A stretch of 64,000 nt of DNA from an uncultured Gemmataceae bacterium. Its GTDB lineage: Bacteria; Planctomycetota; Planctomycetia; Gemmatales; Gemmataceae. Shown here one piece after another: positions 36,703-48,650 of this stretch; the first letter of the stretch is position 1; each line of letters starts with the position of its first letter. The notes below the pieces were generated by a model. That model saw only the letters and a program-made list of their open reading frames with translations. It was not told the origin of the DNA and made no database searches. Location of the stretch: NCBI GenBank assembly GCA_963750165.1, contig CAVVPN010000012.1:96001-160000 (forward strand), in the 5' to 3' direction. The position numbers and the translations under genes were made by a program.

Positions 36703-39279
36703 ATGAAGGCAGGCTCAGGCAATGCCCCCGGCGCTCCGGGGATGTCCCCTCGCTGGGCGGTGGGCGAGAAGACAGGTGTCGGCACGGCCATCAGCCATCA
36801 CAGTAACGTGTGGTTCACCATCAGCCGTGGCATCCTGACCGAGGTGTTCTACCCTGACGTGGACTGCGCCTGCATCCGAGACCTGGGGCTGTTGGTGACC
36901 GACCGCCGTCACTTCTTCTCCGAGGAACAGCGCGACACCGACTCGGAAGTGAAGTACCTGGAGCCTGGGGTGCCGGCCTTCCGCCTGACCAACACCTGCA
37001 AGCAGGGCCGCTACCGCCTCGCGAAGACGGTCTTCGCGGATCCCAACCGATCCGCCGTCCTGCAGGTGATCGACTTCACACCCCTGAAGGGCAAGCGGGA
37101 GGACTACGCGGTCTTCGCGCTACTGAACCCCCACCTGAACAACCGCGGGGCGAACAACACTGCCTGGGTGGGGGACTACAAGGGTATGCCCATGCTGTTC
37201 GCGTGCGCGGACGAGATGGCCCTGGCCCTGGCCTGCACTCGGCCATGGCGGCGGCGCTCTGTGGGCTTCGTCGGTGTCTCGGACGGCTGGCAGGACGTTT
37301 CCCGCCACGGCGAAATGCACTGGGCCTACGACCGGGCTGAGCACGGCAACGTGGCCCTCACCGGCGAGATCGACCTGGGCACGAAGGCGCAGCCGTTTGT
37401 GCTGGTGCTGGCCTTTGGCCGCAACCACGCTGAGGCGGGCCACCGAGCGCGGGCCGCCCTGCTCCAGGATGCGGACGAGGCCCTCCAGAGTTATGTCAAG
37501 GACTGGCGGGACTGGCAGCAGGGCCTGACCGACCTGGGGGACACGAAGGACTCGGGCTCGGGACTGTACCGCGTCAGCACCACGGTGATGCGCGTCCACG
37601 AGGGCAAGCGCTTCCCCGGCAGTCTCGTTGCCAGTCTCGCCACGCCCTGGGGGTCAGTCCACGGCGATGACGACAGGGGCTATCACCTGGTCTGGCCGCG
37701 GGACATGATTGAGACGGTCGGCGGTCTGCTCGCAGCGCGCAAGCACGTGGACGCCCGACGGGTGCTGTTTTACTTCCGGGTCACCCAGGACGCGGACGGT
37801 CACTGGCCGCAGAACATGGCGGTGGACGGTGTGGCACACTGGGACGGCATCCAGCTGGATGAAACCGCTTACGTCATCCTGCTGGTGGACATGGCCCGCC
37901 GCGAGCGCGCCCTGGACGACGGACAGGTGGCTGAGTTCTGGCCGATGGTCCGCCAGGCGACGGGCTACCTGGTCCGCGAAGGACCAGTGACGCCGATGGA
38001 TCGCTGGGAGGAGCAGGCTGGTTACTTCGCCTCGACCATGGCCGTGCAGGTTGCCGCCCTGCTGGCCGCCGCCGACCTCGCCGACCTCCACGGCGAGTCC
38101 GACCTGGCCGAGTACCTGCGCGAGACGGCCGACGCCTGGAACGACACCATCGACCGGCTCATCTATGCGACGGACACGGACCTGGCACGCCGGACAGGGG
38201 TGGAAGGCTACTACGTCCGCTTCGCCCGTCCCGACCAGCTGCAGGCAGACACGCCGGCGCACGGCTGGGCGGACCTCAAGAATCACGCCAATGGCCAGGG
38301 CTGGGTAGCGCTGTCCGAGGTCGTCAGCCCGGACGCGCTGCTGCTGGTGCGCTTCGGCCTGCGCGCCGCCGACGACCCGCGCGTGCTCAACACAGTCAAG
38401 GTGATCGACCAGACGTTGCGCGTGGAGTTGCCCGGCGGCCCGTGCTGGCACCGCTACAGTCACGACGGCTACGGCGAACACGCGGACGGCTCCCCCTTCA
38501 ACGGCACCGGCATCGGCCGCGTCTGGCCACTGCTCACGGGCGAGCGCGCTCACTACGAACTGGCAGCCGGCCGGCGCGAGGAGGCGGAACGGCTCCGACA
38601 CACTCTGGAGTCCTTCGCCAACGATGGGAAGTTGCTGTCGGAGCAACTCTGGGACGCCCCTGACATCGCGGACAGGGGGCTGTACCTCGGCAAGCCCACC
38701 GGTTCGGCCACGCCTCTGGTGTGGGCCCACGCCGAGTACGTCAAGCTGCGCCGCTCCCTGCACGACGGCCGTGTCTTTGACACGCCGCCGCAGACGGTGG
38801 AGCGCTATTTGCAGGAAAAAATTCAGTCCCCGCATGTGTGCTGGCGCTTCCGACAGGGCTGCCGGGCAGTGCCGACCGGCAAAGTGCTGCGGTTGGAGGT
38901 GCTGGAGCGGGCCCTGATCCGCTGGACCACCGACGGCTGGAAAACCGTCCGGGAAACACCGACACGGCCGACGGGCCTGGGCATCCACCTGGTGGACCTG
39001 CCGACCGCCGACCTCGCCGCCGGGACACAGGTGGAGTTCACGTTCCTGTGGCTGGGGACGGGTCACTGGGAGGGGCGCAATTTTCAGGTGACAGTCCAGC
39101 CCGGCGCCCCGCGCCCCCCAACACCAGGTCATCCGGCAAAAATGGGTCGGCGGGCAAGGACGGGCGAACCGCGGCCGCGCCGCCCCGGAAAGGGTCGGGC
39201 CGCAAGACGAAGGGCGGTTAACGCGCAGCGCGCCCCGCCAGGCCGCGAGCGGCAGACAGAAGGATTGGTTCATAGATAA
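36703..39279 (+). CDS. GH15 glucan 1,4-alpha-glucosidase / glucodextranase-type glucoamylase
   Basis: Motifs APGAPG...W...EKTGVGTA, VWFT..GILTEVFYP, YHLVWPRD, QLDETA, DRWEE, SEQLWD and PLVWAHAEY. Start ATG 36703 follows GAGAGG. Confidence 0.9.
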   Translation: MKAGSGNAPGAPGMSPRWAVGEKTGVGTAISHHSNVWFTISRGILTEVFYPDVDCACIRDLGLLVTDRRHFFSEEQRDTDSEVKYLEPGVPAFRLTNTCKQGRYRLAKTVFADPNRSAVLQVIDFTPLKGKREDYAVFALLNPHLNNRGANNTAWVGDYKGMPMLFACADEMALALACTRPWRRRSVGFVGVSDGWQDVSRHGEMHWAYDRAEHGNVALTGEIDLGTKAQPFVLVLAFGRNHAEAGHRARAALLQDADEALQSYVKDWRDWQQGLTDLGDTKDSGSGLYRVSTTVMRVHEGKRFPGSLVASLATPWGSVHGDDDRGYHLVWPRDMIETVGGLLAARKHVDARRVLFYFRVTQDADGHWPQNMAVDGVAHWDGIQLDETAYVILLVDMARRERALDDGQVAEFWPMVRQATGYLVREGPVTPMDRWEEQAGYFASTMAVQVAALLAAADLADLHGESDLAEYLRETADAWNDTIDRLIYATDTDLARRTGVEGYYVRFARPDQLQADTPAHGWADLKNHANGQGWVALSEVVSPDALLLVRFGLRAADDPRVLNTVKVIDQTLRVELPGGPCWHRYSHDGYGEHADGSPFNGTGIGRVWPLLTGERAHYELAAGRREEAERLRHTLESFANDGKLLSEQLWDAPDIADRGLYLGKPTGSATPLVWAHAEYVKLRRSLHDGRVFDTPPQTVERYLQEKIQSPHVCWRFRQGCRAVPTGKVLRLEVLERALIRWTTDGWKTVRETPTRPTGLGIHLVDLPTADLAAGTQVEFTFLWLGTGHWEGRNFQVTVQPGAPRPPTPGHPAKMGRRARTGEPRPRRPGKGRAARRRAVNAQRAPPGRERQTEGLVHR

Positions 39280-39289
39280 GGAGACTCCG

Positions 39290-41045
39290 ATGGCGAAAAC
39301 GGTGGCGAACCTGTTGATTCAGCGCCTGCTGGACTGGGGCGTGAAGACGGTCTTCGCGTTTCCCGGGGACGGCATTAACGGCATTTTTGAAGCCTGGCGC
39401 GAGAACCAGGACAAGCTGCAATACATCCAGGTACGGCACGAGGAGGCGGCGGCCTTCGCGGCCTGCGGCTACGCCAAGTACACCGGCAACCTCGGTGTGT
39501 GCATGGCCACCTCAGGCCCCGGCGGTATCCATCTGCTCAACGGCCTGTACGATGCCAGGTGCGACGGCCAGCCCGTGCTCGCCATCACCGGTCACACCTT
39601 CCACGATCTGATTGGCACTCACTATCAGCAGGACGTGGACCTGACCAAGCTGTTCATGGACGTGGCCGCCTACAACGAGCGCGTCGCTGGCCCGGCCCAC
39701 GTGGTCAATGTCGTGGACGAGGCCGTCAAGACCGCCCTGAGCCGCCGCACCGTCGCCCACATCAACATCCCCAAAGACATTCAGGACTGGGACTCGGCCG
39801 ACGCGCCGCGCTCCAATGCCAACGTCAAGCACCACAGTGCCAACGTCTTCGCCCCGCCCGAGCCCCTGCCGACGGACGCGGAACTGGATCGGGCGGCGGA
39901 ACTTCTCAACGCCGGCTCCCGTGTGGCGATCCTCGCTGGCCGCGGTTGCCTGGGCGCCCGGGACGAAGTGCTGGCCCTGGCCGAGAAGCTGGGCATCCGA
40001 TCGTCAAGCCGCTGCTCGGCAAGGCGGTGGTGCCGGACGACAGCCCCTACACCACGGGCGGGATCGGCCTGCTCGGCACCGCCCCCTCTCAGGACGTGAT
40101 GAACGACTGTGACACCCTTCTCATTGCCGGCAGCAGCTTCCCGTACCAGGAGTTCTATCCCAAGCCTGGTCAGGCGAAATGTGTGCAGATCGACGTGGAC
40201 CCGGCCCGCATCGGCCTACGCTTCCCGGCCGACATCGGCCTGACGGGCGACTGCAAGCGGGTGCTGGCCGCCCTGCTACCGCGGCTCAAAAAACATAAGG
40301 ACCACGGCTTTTTGCGGCAGGCGCAGAAGGCGATGGAGAGCTGGAATGGGTTGCTCAAGGAACGGGCAACGCGCAGCGACCGGCCGATGAAGCCGCAGGT
40401 GGTCCCCTACCACCTGAACAAGTTCCTGAGCGATGACGCCATCATCTGCAGCGACACGGGCACAGTGACCACGTGGGGGCGCGCTACGTTCAGATGCGGG
40501 GGAACATGATGTATTCCGCGTCGGGCCTGCTGGCGACGATGGGCAACGGCATGCCCTACGCGGTGGCGGCGTCGGTCGCCAACCCGGGACGGCAGGTAGT
40601 GGCCCTGTGCGGTGACGGTGGCTTCACCATGATGATGGGGGAGATGGCCACCCTGGTCAAATACAAGCTCCCGGTCAAGGTCATCATCTTCAAGAACAAC
40701 GTACTCGGGCAGATCAAGTGGGAGCAGATCGTGTTTGAGGGCACCCCACAGTTCGGGGTGCAACTGCAACCCATTGACTTCGCCGGCTACGCCCGCGCCT
40801 GCGGTGCCGCCGGCTACACTCTGGACGACCCGGCCAGGGCTGAGGCAGTGCTGGGCGAGGCGTTCGCCCAGCCAGGACCGGCACTGGTCGAGGCGGTGGT
40901 GGACCCCAACGAACCGCCGATGCCGGGACATGCCACCATGACCCAGGCCCTGCACTTCGCCGAGGCCCTGGCCAGCGGTCAGCAGCGCCAGGGCTGGGAC
41001 ATCATCAAGACCGTTGTCAAGAACACCGTGCGTGAGGTGGTCTGA
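39290..41045 (+). CDS. ThDP-dependent pyruvate oxidase/dehydrogenase (PoxB-like), two apparent frameshifts (~39995, ~40480)
   Basis: Motifs PGDGING, VRHEEAAAFAA, TSGPGGIHLLNGLYDA and GDGGF...KNN. Confidence 0.85.
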
Positions 41046-41143
41046 GTGGTAGGTCGGAGCCCGAGCGCCAGCGCGGGGCAACCCAGGCCCCGCGCTGGCG
41101 CTCAGGCTCCGACCAGAAACCTGGTCGCCCGGAAGAGACAGTC

Positions 41144-42265
41144 ATGGCGAGCATCAGCGCCCACACGCAGGCGGCGGTCGAACAGCTATCGGTCACCGCG
41201 TACAAGATCCCGACCGACGCCCCGGAGGCGGACGGCACCTACGCCTGGGACAGCACCACGTTGGTGGTGGTGGAGGTGGCCGGCGGCGGTGAACGCGGCC
41301 TCGGTTACACCTACGCCGACACCGCCACCGCCCACCTGATTGACGACCTGCTCGCGAGTGTCATCAAGGGGACCGATCCGCTGGACGTGCCGGCCACCTG
41401 GAACGCCATGACCCGGGCCATCCGCAACCTGGGCCGGCCGGGCATCTGCTCCCTGGCCATCTCCGCCGTGGACGCCGCCCTGTGGGACCTCAAGGGTCGG
41501 CTGCTCGGACAGTCGGTACTCAACCTGCTCGGGGCGGCGCACGACAGTGCCCCCGTGTACGGCAGCGGCGGGTTCACCAGTTACTCGTTCGACCAGCTCA
41601 CCCGGCAACTCGGCGGCTGGGTGGAACAGGGCATCCCACGGGTGAAGATGAAGATCGGCACCCAGCCGGAGGACGACCTGGACCGCGTTCACGCCGCCCG
41701 GGAAGCCATCGGCGACGACACCGAGTTGTTCGTGGACGCCAACGGTGCCTACAGCCGGAAGCAAGCCCTGGCCTTCGCCGAGGAGTTCGCCGACCTGGGC
41801 GTGACCTGGTTCGAGGAGCCGGTGTCCGCCGATGACCTGGACGGGCTTCGGCTGCTGCGCGACCGGGGACCGGCCGGCATGGACATCGCCGCGGGAGAGT
41901 ACGGTTACGATCTTTGGTACTTCCGGCGCATGCTGGAGGCCGGGGCCGTGGACGTGTTGCAGGCGGACGCCACACGCTGCGGCGGCATCACTGGCTTCCT
42001 GAATGTGGCCCCCCTGTGCCAGGCTCGCTCCCTGGAACTGTCGGCCCACTGCGCCCCGACCCTGCACGCCCAGCCCTGCTGTGCCATCCTGCCTCTGCGG
42101 CACATCGAGTACTTTCACGACCACGCCCGCATCGAACACCTGCTGTTCGACGGCGCTCTCACACCGCGGGACGGTGCCCTGTGGCCCGACCGCAGCCGTC
42201 CCGGTCTCGGTCTGGAATTCAAACATGACGACGCTGCCCAGTATCTCGTCTGGAGGAGCGAGTAA
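41144..42265 (+). CDS. Mandelate racemase/muconate lactonizing enzyme family (enolase superfamily)
   Basis: Motifs AISAVDAALWDL, KMKIG, VDANG, WFEEP and AAGEY. Confidence 0.9.
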   Translation: MASISAHTQAAVEQLSVTAYKIPTDAPEADGTYAWDSTTLVVVEVAGGGERGLGYTYADTATAHLIDDLLASVIKGTDPLDVPATWNAMTRAIRNLGRPGICSLAISAVDAALWDLKGRLLGQSVLNLLGAAHDSAPVYGSGGFTSYSFDQLTRQLGGWVEQGIPRVKMKIGTQPEDDLDRVHAAREAIGDDTELFVDANGAYSRKQALAFAEEFADLGVTWFEEPVSADDLDGLRLLRDRGPAGMDIAAGEYGYDLWYFRRMLEAGAVDVLQADATRCGGITGFLNVAPLCQARSLELSAHCAPTLHAQPCCAILPLRHIEYFHDHARIEHLLFDGALTPRDGALWPDRSRPGLGLEFKHDDAAQYLVWRSE

Positions 42266-45200
42266 TGATTAGTCTGACGGTGTTGCGCGAGGAGAACGAA
42301 CGTCGGCGGTTCGAGCGACAGCGGCACGACGACAGCCGCACGGCTCTCGCTCCCGGGGTGGCGGAGGAGTTGGCAGCGGCGCTGCGGTCGCGCATCCGCG
42401 GTGAGGTGCGCTTCGACGCCGGCAGTCGTGCGCTGTACGCCACCGATGGCTCCAACTACCGTCAGACACCCATTGGTGTCGTGGTGCCGCGCACCATTGA
42501 GGAGGTGGTGGCGACCGTGGAACTGGCTCGCCGCTTCGGCGCCCCGATCCTGTCGCGCGGCTGCGGCACCAGTCTGGCCGGCCAGTGCTGCAACGTGGCC
42601 GTCGTGATGGACTTCTCCAAGTACCTCAACCATGTCAAGCACATTGACGTGGGGCGAAAGCTTGGCACGGTGGAACCCGGCTGCGTGCTCGACGAGCTGC
42701 GCGACTCCGCGAAGCGACACGACCTGACCTTCGGCCCCGACCCGGCGACGCACACGCACTGCACCCTGGGCGGCATGCTCGGCAACGACTCGTGCGGCTC
42801 CCACTCCCTGCTGTGTGCCAAGCACGGCCGCGGCCTGCGCACCGCCGACAACACCGAGGAGTTGGAAGTCCTCACCTACGACGGCCTGCGCCTGCGCGTC
42901 GGTCCCACGCCGCCGGAGGAGATGGAGCGCATCATCCGCGCAGGCGGGCCGCGCGGCGAGCTGTACGCCAGGCTCAAGGCGTTCATCGCGAAGTACGGCG
43001 ACGAGATCCGCAACCGCTTCCCGAGACTACCGCGGCGCGTCTCGGGTTACAACCTGCTCGAACTGCTGCCGGAGAACGGCTGCAACATCGCCCGCGCCCT
43101 GGTCGGCTCCGAGAGTACCCTGGTCGTGATCCTGGAGGCGACCCTGAATCTGGTGCCTGAGCCGGAGGCACGGTCGCTGCTGGTGCTGGGCTACCCCGAC
43201 ATCGCCGCGGCCGGCGACCAGGTCATGAGCATCCGGGAGTTCCAGCCGACCGCCCTCGAAGGCATGGACTACCTGCTGTATCAGTTCGTCAAGGCCAAGG
43301 GGAACGAGGACGCCGACATCGCGCTGATGCCCGAGGGCAAGGGCTTCCTGATCGTGGAGTTCGGCGGCGACACCAAGGCGGACACGGACGACCAGGCCCA
43401 CCGCTGCATGGCGGCCCTGAAAAAACAGTCGCACCCGCCGACGATGAAGTTGCTCGACGACCCGAAGCACGAAAAAATGATCTGGAAGGTGCGTGAGGGC
43501 GGCCTCGGTTCGACCGCCTGGGTGCCCGGCCACCCGGACACCTGGCCCGGCTGGGAAGACTCGGCCGTTCCGCCCGACAAGGTCGGTCCCTACCTCCGCG
43601 ACCTGCGGAAACTGTTCGACAAGTACGACTACCACCCCGCCCTGTACGGCCACCTCGGCCAGGGCTGCATCCATTGCCGCGTCGGCTTCGACCTGTACAC
43701 CGAGCCGGGCATCCAGAAGTTCAAGGCGTTCATGGACGAGGCAACCAGTCTCGTGGTGAGCTACGGCGGCTCTCTGTCGGGCGAGCACGGCGACGGCCAG
43801 GCCCGCGGCGAGTTCCTGCCGAAGATGTTCGGCCAGACGCTGTACGAGGCCTTCCGCGAGTTAAAATCCATCTGGGACCCGCAGTGGCGCATGAACCCAG
43901 GCAAGGTGGTGGACGCCTACGGCGTTGCCGAGAACCTGCGCATCGGCGCGGACTACCAGCCGCCCCAGCCCGAGACGCACTTCCACTACCCCGGCGACAA
44001 GGGACGCTTCGACCGGGCGGTGTTGCGCTGTGTCGGCGTTGGCAACTGCCGGCAGCATCACGACGAGGTCATGTGTCCCAGCTACAAGGTGACGATGGAG
44101 GAGCAGCACTGCACGCGCGGCCGGGCGCACCTGCTCTGGGAGATGATGAACGGCGAGGTGCTCACCGACGGCTGGCGCAGCGAGCCGGTCAAGGAGTCGC
44201 TCGATTTGTGCCTGGCGTGCAAGGGCTGCAAGAACGACTGCCCCGTCAACGTGGACATTGCCACCTACAAGGCCGAGTTCTTCGCTCACTACTATCACGG
44301 CCGGCTGCGGCCGCGACACCACTACAGCATGGGTCTGATCCACTGGTGGGCGCGCCTCGCCGAGGGGCGCCGGCGCTGGCGAACTTCGTCAGCCAGACGC
44401 CGGGCCTGTCCGCCATCGCCAAGCTGCTCGGCGGCATTGACCCGCGCCGCACCATACCGCCCTTCGCCACGCGGACGTTCAAATCCTGGTTCCAGCACCA
44501 CGCGCCGATGCACCCGGACGGCCGTCCCGTCATCCTGTGGCCTGACACCTTCACCAACTACTTCCACCCCGAGCACGGCCGGGCAGCGGTCGAGGTGCTG
44601 GAGGACGCCGGCTTCCAGGTGTGGGTGCCAAAGACGTCCCTGTGCTGCGGCCGACCCCTGTACGACTTCGGCATGCTCGACACCGCCCGGGGACTGCTCC
44701 GCCAACTGCTGGACACGCTGCGGCCACACATCCACGCCGGCGTGCCGCTCATCGGGCTGGAGCCGAGCTGCCTGGCCGTCTTCCGGGACGAGCTGACGAA
44801 CCTGTTCCCGGACGACGAGGACGCCAAAAAGCTGTCGAAACAGTCCTTCGTGTTGAGTGAGTTCCTGAACCAGCACGTCCCGAACTACGAGCCGCCGCGG
44901 CTGCAACGCCAGGCCATCCTGCACGGCCACTGTCATCACAAGTCGGTCATCGGCATGGACGACGAACACGCCCTGCTGAAGAAGATGGGCATCGACTACA
45001 CGGAGCCGCAATCGACCTGCTGCGGCATGGCCGGCTCGTTCGGCTTCGAGGCGGGACACTACGACATTTCCATGCAGGTCGGCGAACTGGGCTTGCTGCC
45101 GGCGGTGCGCCAGGCGAACCCGGATACCCTGGTCATCGCGAACGGCTTCAGCTGTGAGACGCAGATCGTCCAGGGCACGGGGCGGCGGGCGCTGCACCTG

Positions 45201-45431
45201 GCCGAAGTACTTCAGTTGGCCCTGCGCGAGCGGAGCCGGGTGGGGCGAGACATGCTCGACGGCCAGCGTTCCGGAGTTGGGGCCCCGACGGGGCTGCTGG
45301 TTGGCGCCGGCCTTGTGCTGGGCGGTCTGGCCCTGTGGGGACTGACGCGCCCGGGACGGGAGGCGGAGTACTCGGATTCTGGGGACTTTGCCGACGGACA
45401 GGAAGCTGAGCCCGTGGCACTTAACCGGTGA
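42265..45431 (+). CDS. FAD-binding oxidoreductase with 4Fe-4S and CCG domains (YdiJ/GlcD-GlcF-like), apparent frameshift ~44370
   Basis: Motifs RGCGTSLAGQ, GEHGDG, CVGVGNC, CLACKGCKNDCP, CCGRP and CCGMAGSFG. Confidence 0.88.
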
Positions 45432-45441
45432 GGGATTCGTC

Positions 45442-45876
45442 ATGAAGGCCAAGCTCATCAGCCAGGGTGAACCGAAGACCTATGCCGTCATCTTTGAGAC
45501 AGGTGACGAGGTGGTCTCGGAACTGCTCGCCTTCGCTCGGGAACAGGGCCTGGGGGACAGCCACCTCACGGCCATCGGCGCCTTCCAGGACGTCATCCTG
45601 GGTTATTTCGACTGGCAGAAGAAGGACTACAAGAAAATCCCGGTGCGGGAACAGGTGGAGGTGTTGTCCCTGATCGGCGACATCGCTCTCCAGGACAACG
45701 GCGCGCCCCAGTTGCACGCCCATGTGGTGGTCGGCAAGTCCGACGGCAGCGCCTGGGGCGGCCACCTCATCGAGGCTCACGTGCGGCCGACACTGGAAGT
45801 CATCGTGGTGGAGTCGCCCGAGCACCTGCGCCGGAAACGGGACCCGGAGTCGGGGTTGGCCCTGATCCGCGTTTGA
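45442..45876 (+). CDS. PPC/DUF296 domain protein
   Basis: EVLSLIGDI...LHAHVVVG..DG.A.GGHL and VRPTLEV. Confidence 0.88.
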   Translation: MKAKLISQGEPKTYAVIFETGDEVVSELLAFAREQGLGDSHLTAIGAFQDVILGYFDWQKKDYKKIPVREQVEVLSLIGDIALQDNGAPQLHAHVVVGKSDGSAWGGHLIEAHVRPTLEVIVVESPEHLRRKRDPESGLALIRV

Positions 45877-45954
45877 GCGAACAACCTCGGAGTGCTCTGA
45901 CCGGGCGTGTGCCCGGGGGCGCCCGGGCTGTACGGTTCGGTTGGAGGAGTTTCC

Positions 45955-46347
45955 ATGTTGCGTGCGTTGCTGTGCTCGGTGGTGGCCCTGACCCTGTTCG
46001 CCCTCACGGGCCTGTGCGCGGTCGAGCCCCAAAAGGACAAGACGACGACCAAGGATAAGGCGGTCAGCGGCAAGGACAAGAACACCTGTGAGGCCTGCGT
46101 CACCAAGGTGGACAAGAAGAAAAGCACCATCACGCTGAAGATGAAGGACAAGAACGGTAAGGAGGTTGAGAAGACCTTCAAGCTGACCGAGGAAGTCCGC
46201 ATGCTCGACAGCACGGGACGGGTGGCGGCCATGGACGTCTTCCAGTCCGGCAATGAGGTGCTGGTCGTCGAGGCTGAGGGCAAGCTCAAGCAGATCCAGA
46301 AGAAGAACACCAAGAATTCCAAGACCAAGGACAAGAGCAGCAAGTAA
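45955..46347 (+). CDS. Small Lys-rich secreted hypothetical protein
   Basis: GGAGG RBS, signal-like N-terminus, and a VTKVD....TITL beta-rich core. Confidence 0.7.
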   Translation: MLRALLCSVVALTLFALTGLCAVEPQKDKTTTKDKAVSGKDKNTCEACVTKVDKKKSTITLKMKDKNGKEVEKTFKLTEEVRMLDSTGRVAAMDVFQSGNEVLVVEAEGKLKQIQKKNTKNSKTKDKSSK

Positions 46348-46412
46348 GGTCGGACGGATCGAGAGGACTCGGGGCCGCACGGAAGGCGGCCCCTTCCCGT
46401 TTTCGGAGTCGG

Positions 46413-46568
46413 TCAGCCCCGTGGCACGGACAAGCGCCCGGTGGCGCCGGGTTGCACAGCAAGGAGGCCAAGGGGGCCAAGGGGGCCAACTTTTTCACAC
46501 GTCGAGATTCGGCACCCTTGGCGGCGCCGAGCGTTGCCAGTCCTTGTCAGGGGCTCAAGCGGATCAAG
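46413..46568 (+). repeat. ~156-bp direct repeat, copy B
   Basis: Counterpart of 35183-35339. Confidence 0.9.
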
Positions 46569-46867
46569 CCGTCTGCGACAGCCGGCGTGGCGTCTGGCGC
46601 GCCGTCACTTCTGCGGAGCGACGAAGGTGCGGACGGTCAGGCTGGCAGTTGCCGGAAGCGGAGGAATTGCGCCAGGTCCTGGGGGGAGTGGGACAGCGAA
46701 TGGTCGTTGCGTCATATGATAGCCGTGTTGCGGCGGGCGACTCTGAACGCCCTAATTAAACCCAAGTCGGCCGAACCAACGGAACTCCTGAAACTCATCG
46801 AGGCGCTGAAAAACTGCATAAATCTCGCGGTTTGAGCATTCAACAAAGTGCGACTGCCAAGTCATGG

Positions 46868-48650
46868 TCAATGCCCTGCCGACTTGCCGGCCACCGCCGC
46901 CGCGAAGTTGCGGACGCGCTGCACCATCGCCGCCAGGCCGTTGCGGCGGCCCATGCTCAAATGATGGTTCAGCCCCAGCCGGCTGAAGAACTCCTCCACG
47001 TCAAACGCAGCAATCTGCGCCGCCCGCTGCCCCGAGAAGACGCGCTCCAGCAGCGCGATCAGGCCGCGCACGATGTCGGCGTCGCTGTCGGCCAGGAACT
47101 CGATCACGTCCGCGGTGCCGGGCCGCTTGCGCGTCTGCAAAAAAACGGTGCTCTGGCAGCCCTTGACGCGGTTGGCTTCCGTCTTGAACGCCGCCGGCAG
47201 CGGTGGGATTTTCTCGCCCAGTTCGATGATATGTTGGTAGCGCTCGTTCCAGTCCGGTAGGAACTCGAACAACTCGACCAGTTCGTCCGCGACCGCCTGT
47301 GGGCTGGGGCCGGCCGCCTTCGGGAACGCCACCTCCGCCCGCGCCGCCGGGGCTGCGGGCTTCGCCTTCGCCGCCGCCTCGGCGACGATGCGCCGCAACG
47401 CCGCCGCGAAGATGTCCACTTCCTGAAGGGTGTTGTACAGCCCGAACGAGGCGCGAGCCGTCCCCGGAATGCAGCAGCGCTCCATGAGCGGCTGGCAGCA
47501 GTGGTGCCCGGTGCGCACCGCGACGCCCTCCAGGTCGAGCTTGGTGCCCACGTCCAGCGCCGACAGCGGCGGATTGGTCACGACGAACGACAGCACCGCC
47601 GCCTTGTGCGCCGCCGTGCCGATGATGCGCACGCCGGGGATTTTGGCGAGCGCCGCCGTCGCGTGCTCCAGCAGGTGCTGCTCATGGGCCGCGATGGCGT
47701 CCAGGCCCAGTTGATTGAGGTAATCGACAGCAGCGCCCAGACCGATCACGTCCGCGATATTGGGTGTTCCCGCCTCGAACTTGTAGGGCAGTTCGTTGTA
47801 ATAGGTTTTCGCGAAACTAACCGAACTAATCATGTCGCCGCCGCCCTGGTACGGCGGCATTGCCTCCAGCAGCGCCGCTTTGCCGTACAGCACGCCGATG
47901 CCGGTCGGCCCGTACATCTTGTGGCCGCTGAAGCAGTAGAAGTCGCAGTCCAGGTCCTGCACGTCGATGCGCATGTGCGGCACCGCCTGCGCCCCGTCCA
48001 CCAGCACCGGCACGCCGTGCGCGTGCGCCAGCGCCACGATTTCGCGCACTGGGTTGACTGTCCCCAGCGCGTTGGAAACGTGCGTCAGCGCCAGGATTTT
48101 CGTGCGCGGCGTCAGCAGCTTTTCCAGTTCCTCCAGGCGCAGTTCGCCCTCGTCGGTAATCGGCAGCACGCGCAGGTCGAGCGCCCTTCGCCTCACAGAG
48201 CATTTGCCAGGGAACGATGTTGGAATGATGCTCCATCCACGTGATGACGACCTCATCGCCGGCCTGTACGTTCTGGCCGCCATAGCTCGACGCCACGAGG
48301 TTAATTGCCTCGGTGGTGCCGCGCACGAAAATAATCTCGCGCGACTCGCGGGCATTGATGAAGCGCTGCAGCTTGACGCGGGCCTCCTCATATTGCCGCG
48401 TGGCTCGTTCGCTGAGGACGTGGGCGGCGCGGTGGACGTTGGAATGGTCCGTCTCGTAGTAGTGCTTCAGCGCCTCGATGACGCGGCGCGGCTTCTGCGC
48501 GGAGGCGCCGTTGTCGAGGTACACCAGGGGTTCACCGTGGACTTCCTGTTGCAGAATCGGGAAGTCGGCCCGGACGCGCTGCACATCATAGCGCAGCGTC
48601 GCGGGGTTAGCTGCGGGCGGCGGCAGAGTGAGAGTTGGACGGGTGCTCAT
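46868..48650 (-). CDS. sufS: Cysteine desulfurase SufS fused to C-terminal SufE domain (apparent frameshift ~48185)
   Basis: Motifs YLDNGASAQKP, MEHHSNIVPWQ, FSGHKMYGPTG and RTGHHCCQP. An Ala/Pro linker then leads to WNERYQHIIELG, NRVKGCQS and DSDADIVRGL. Confidence 0.88.
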
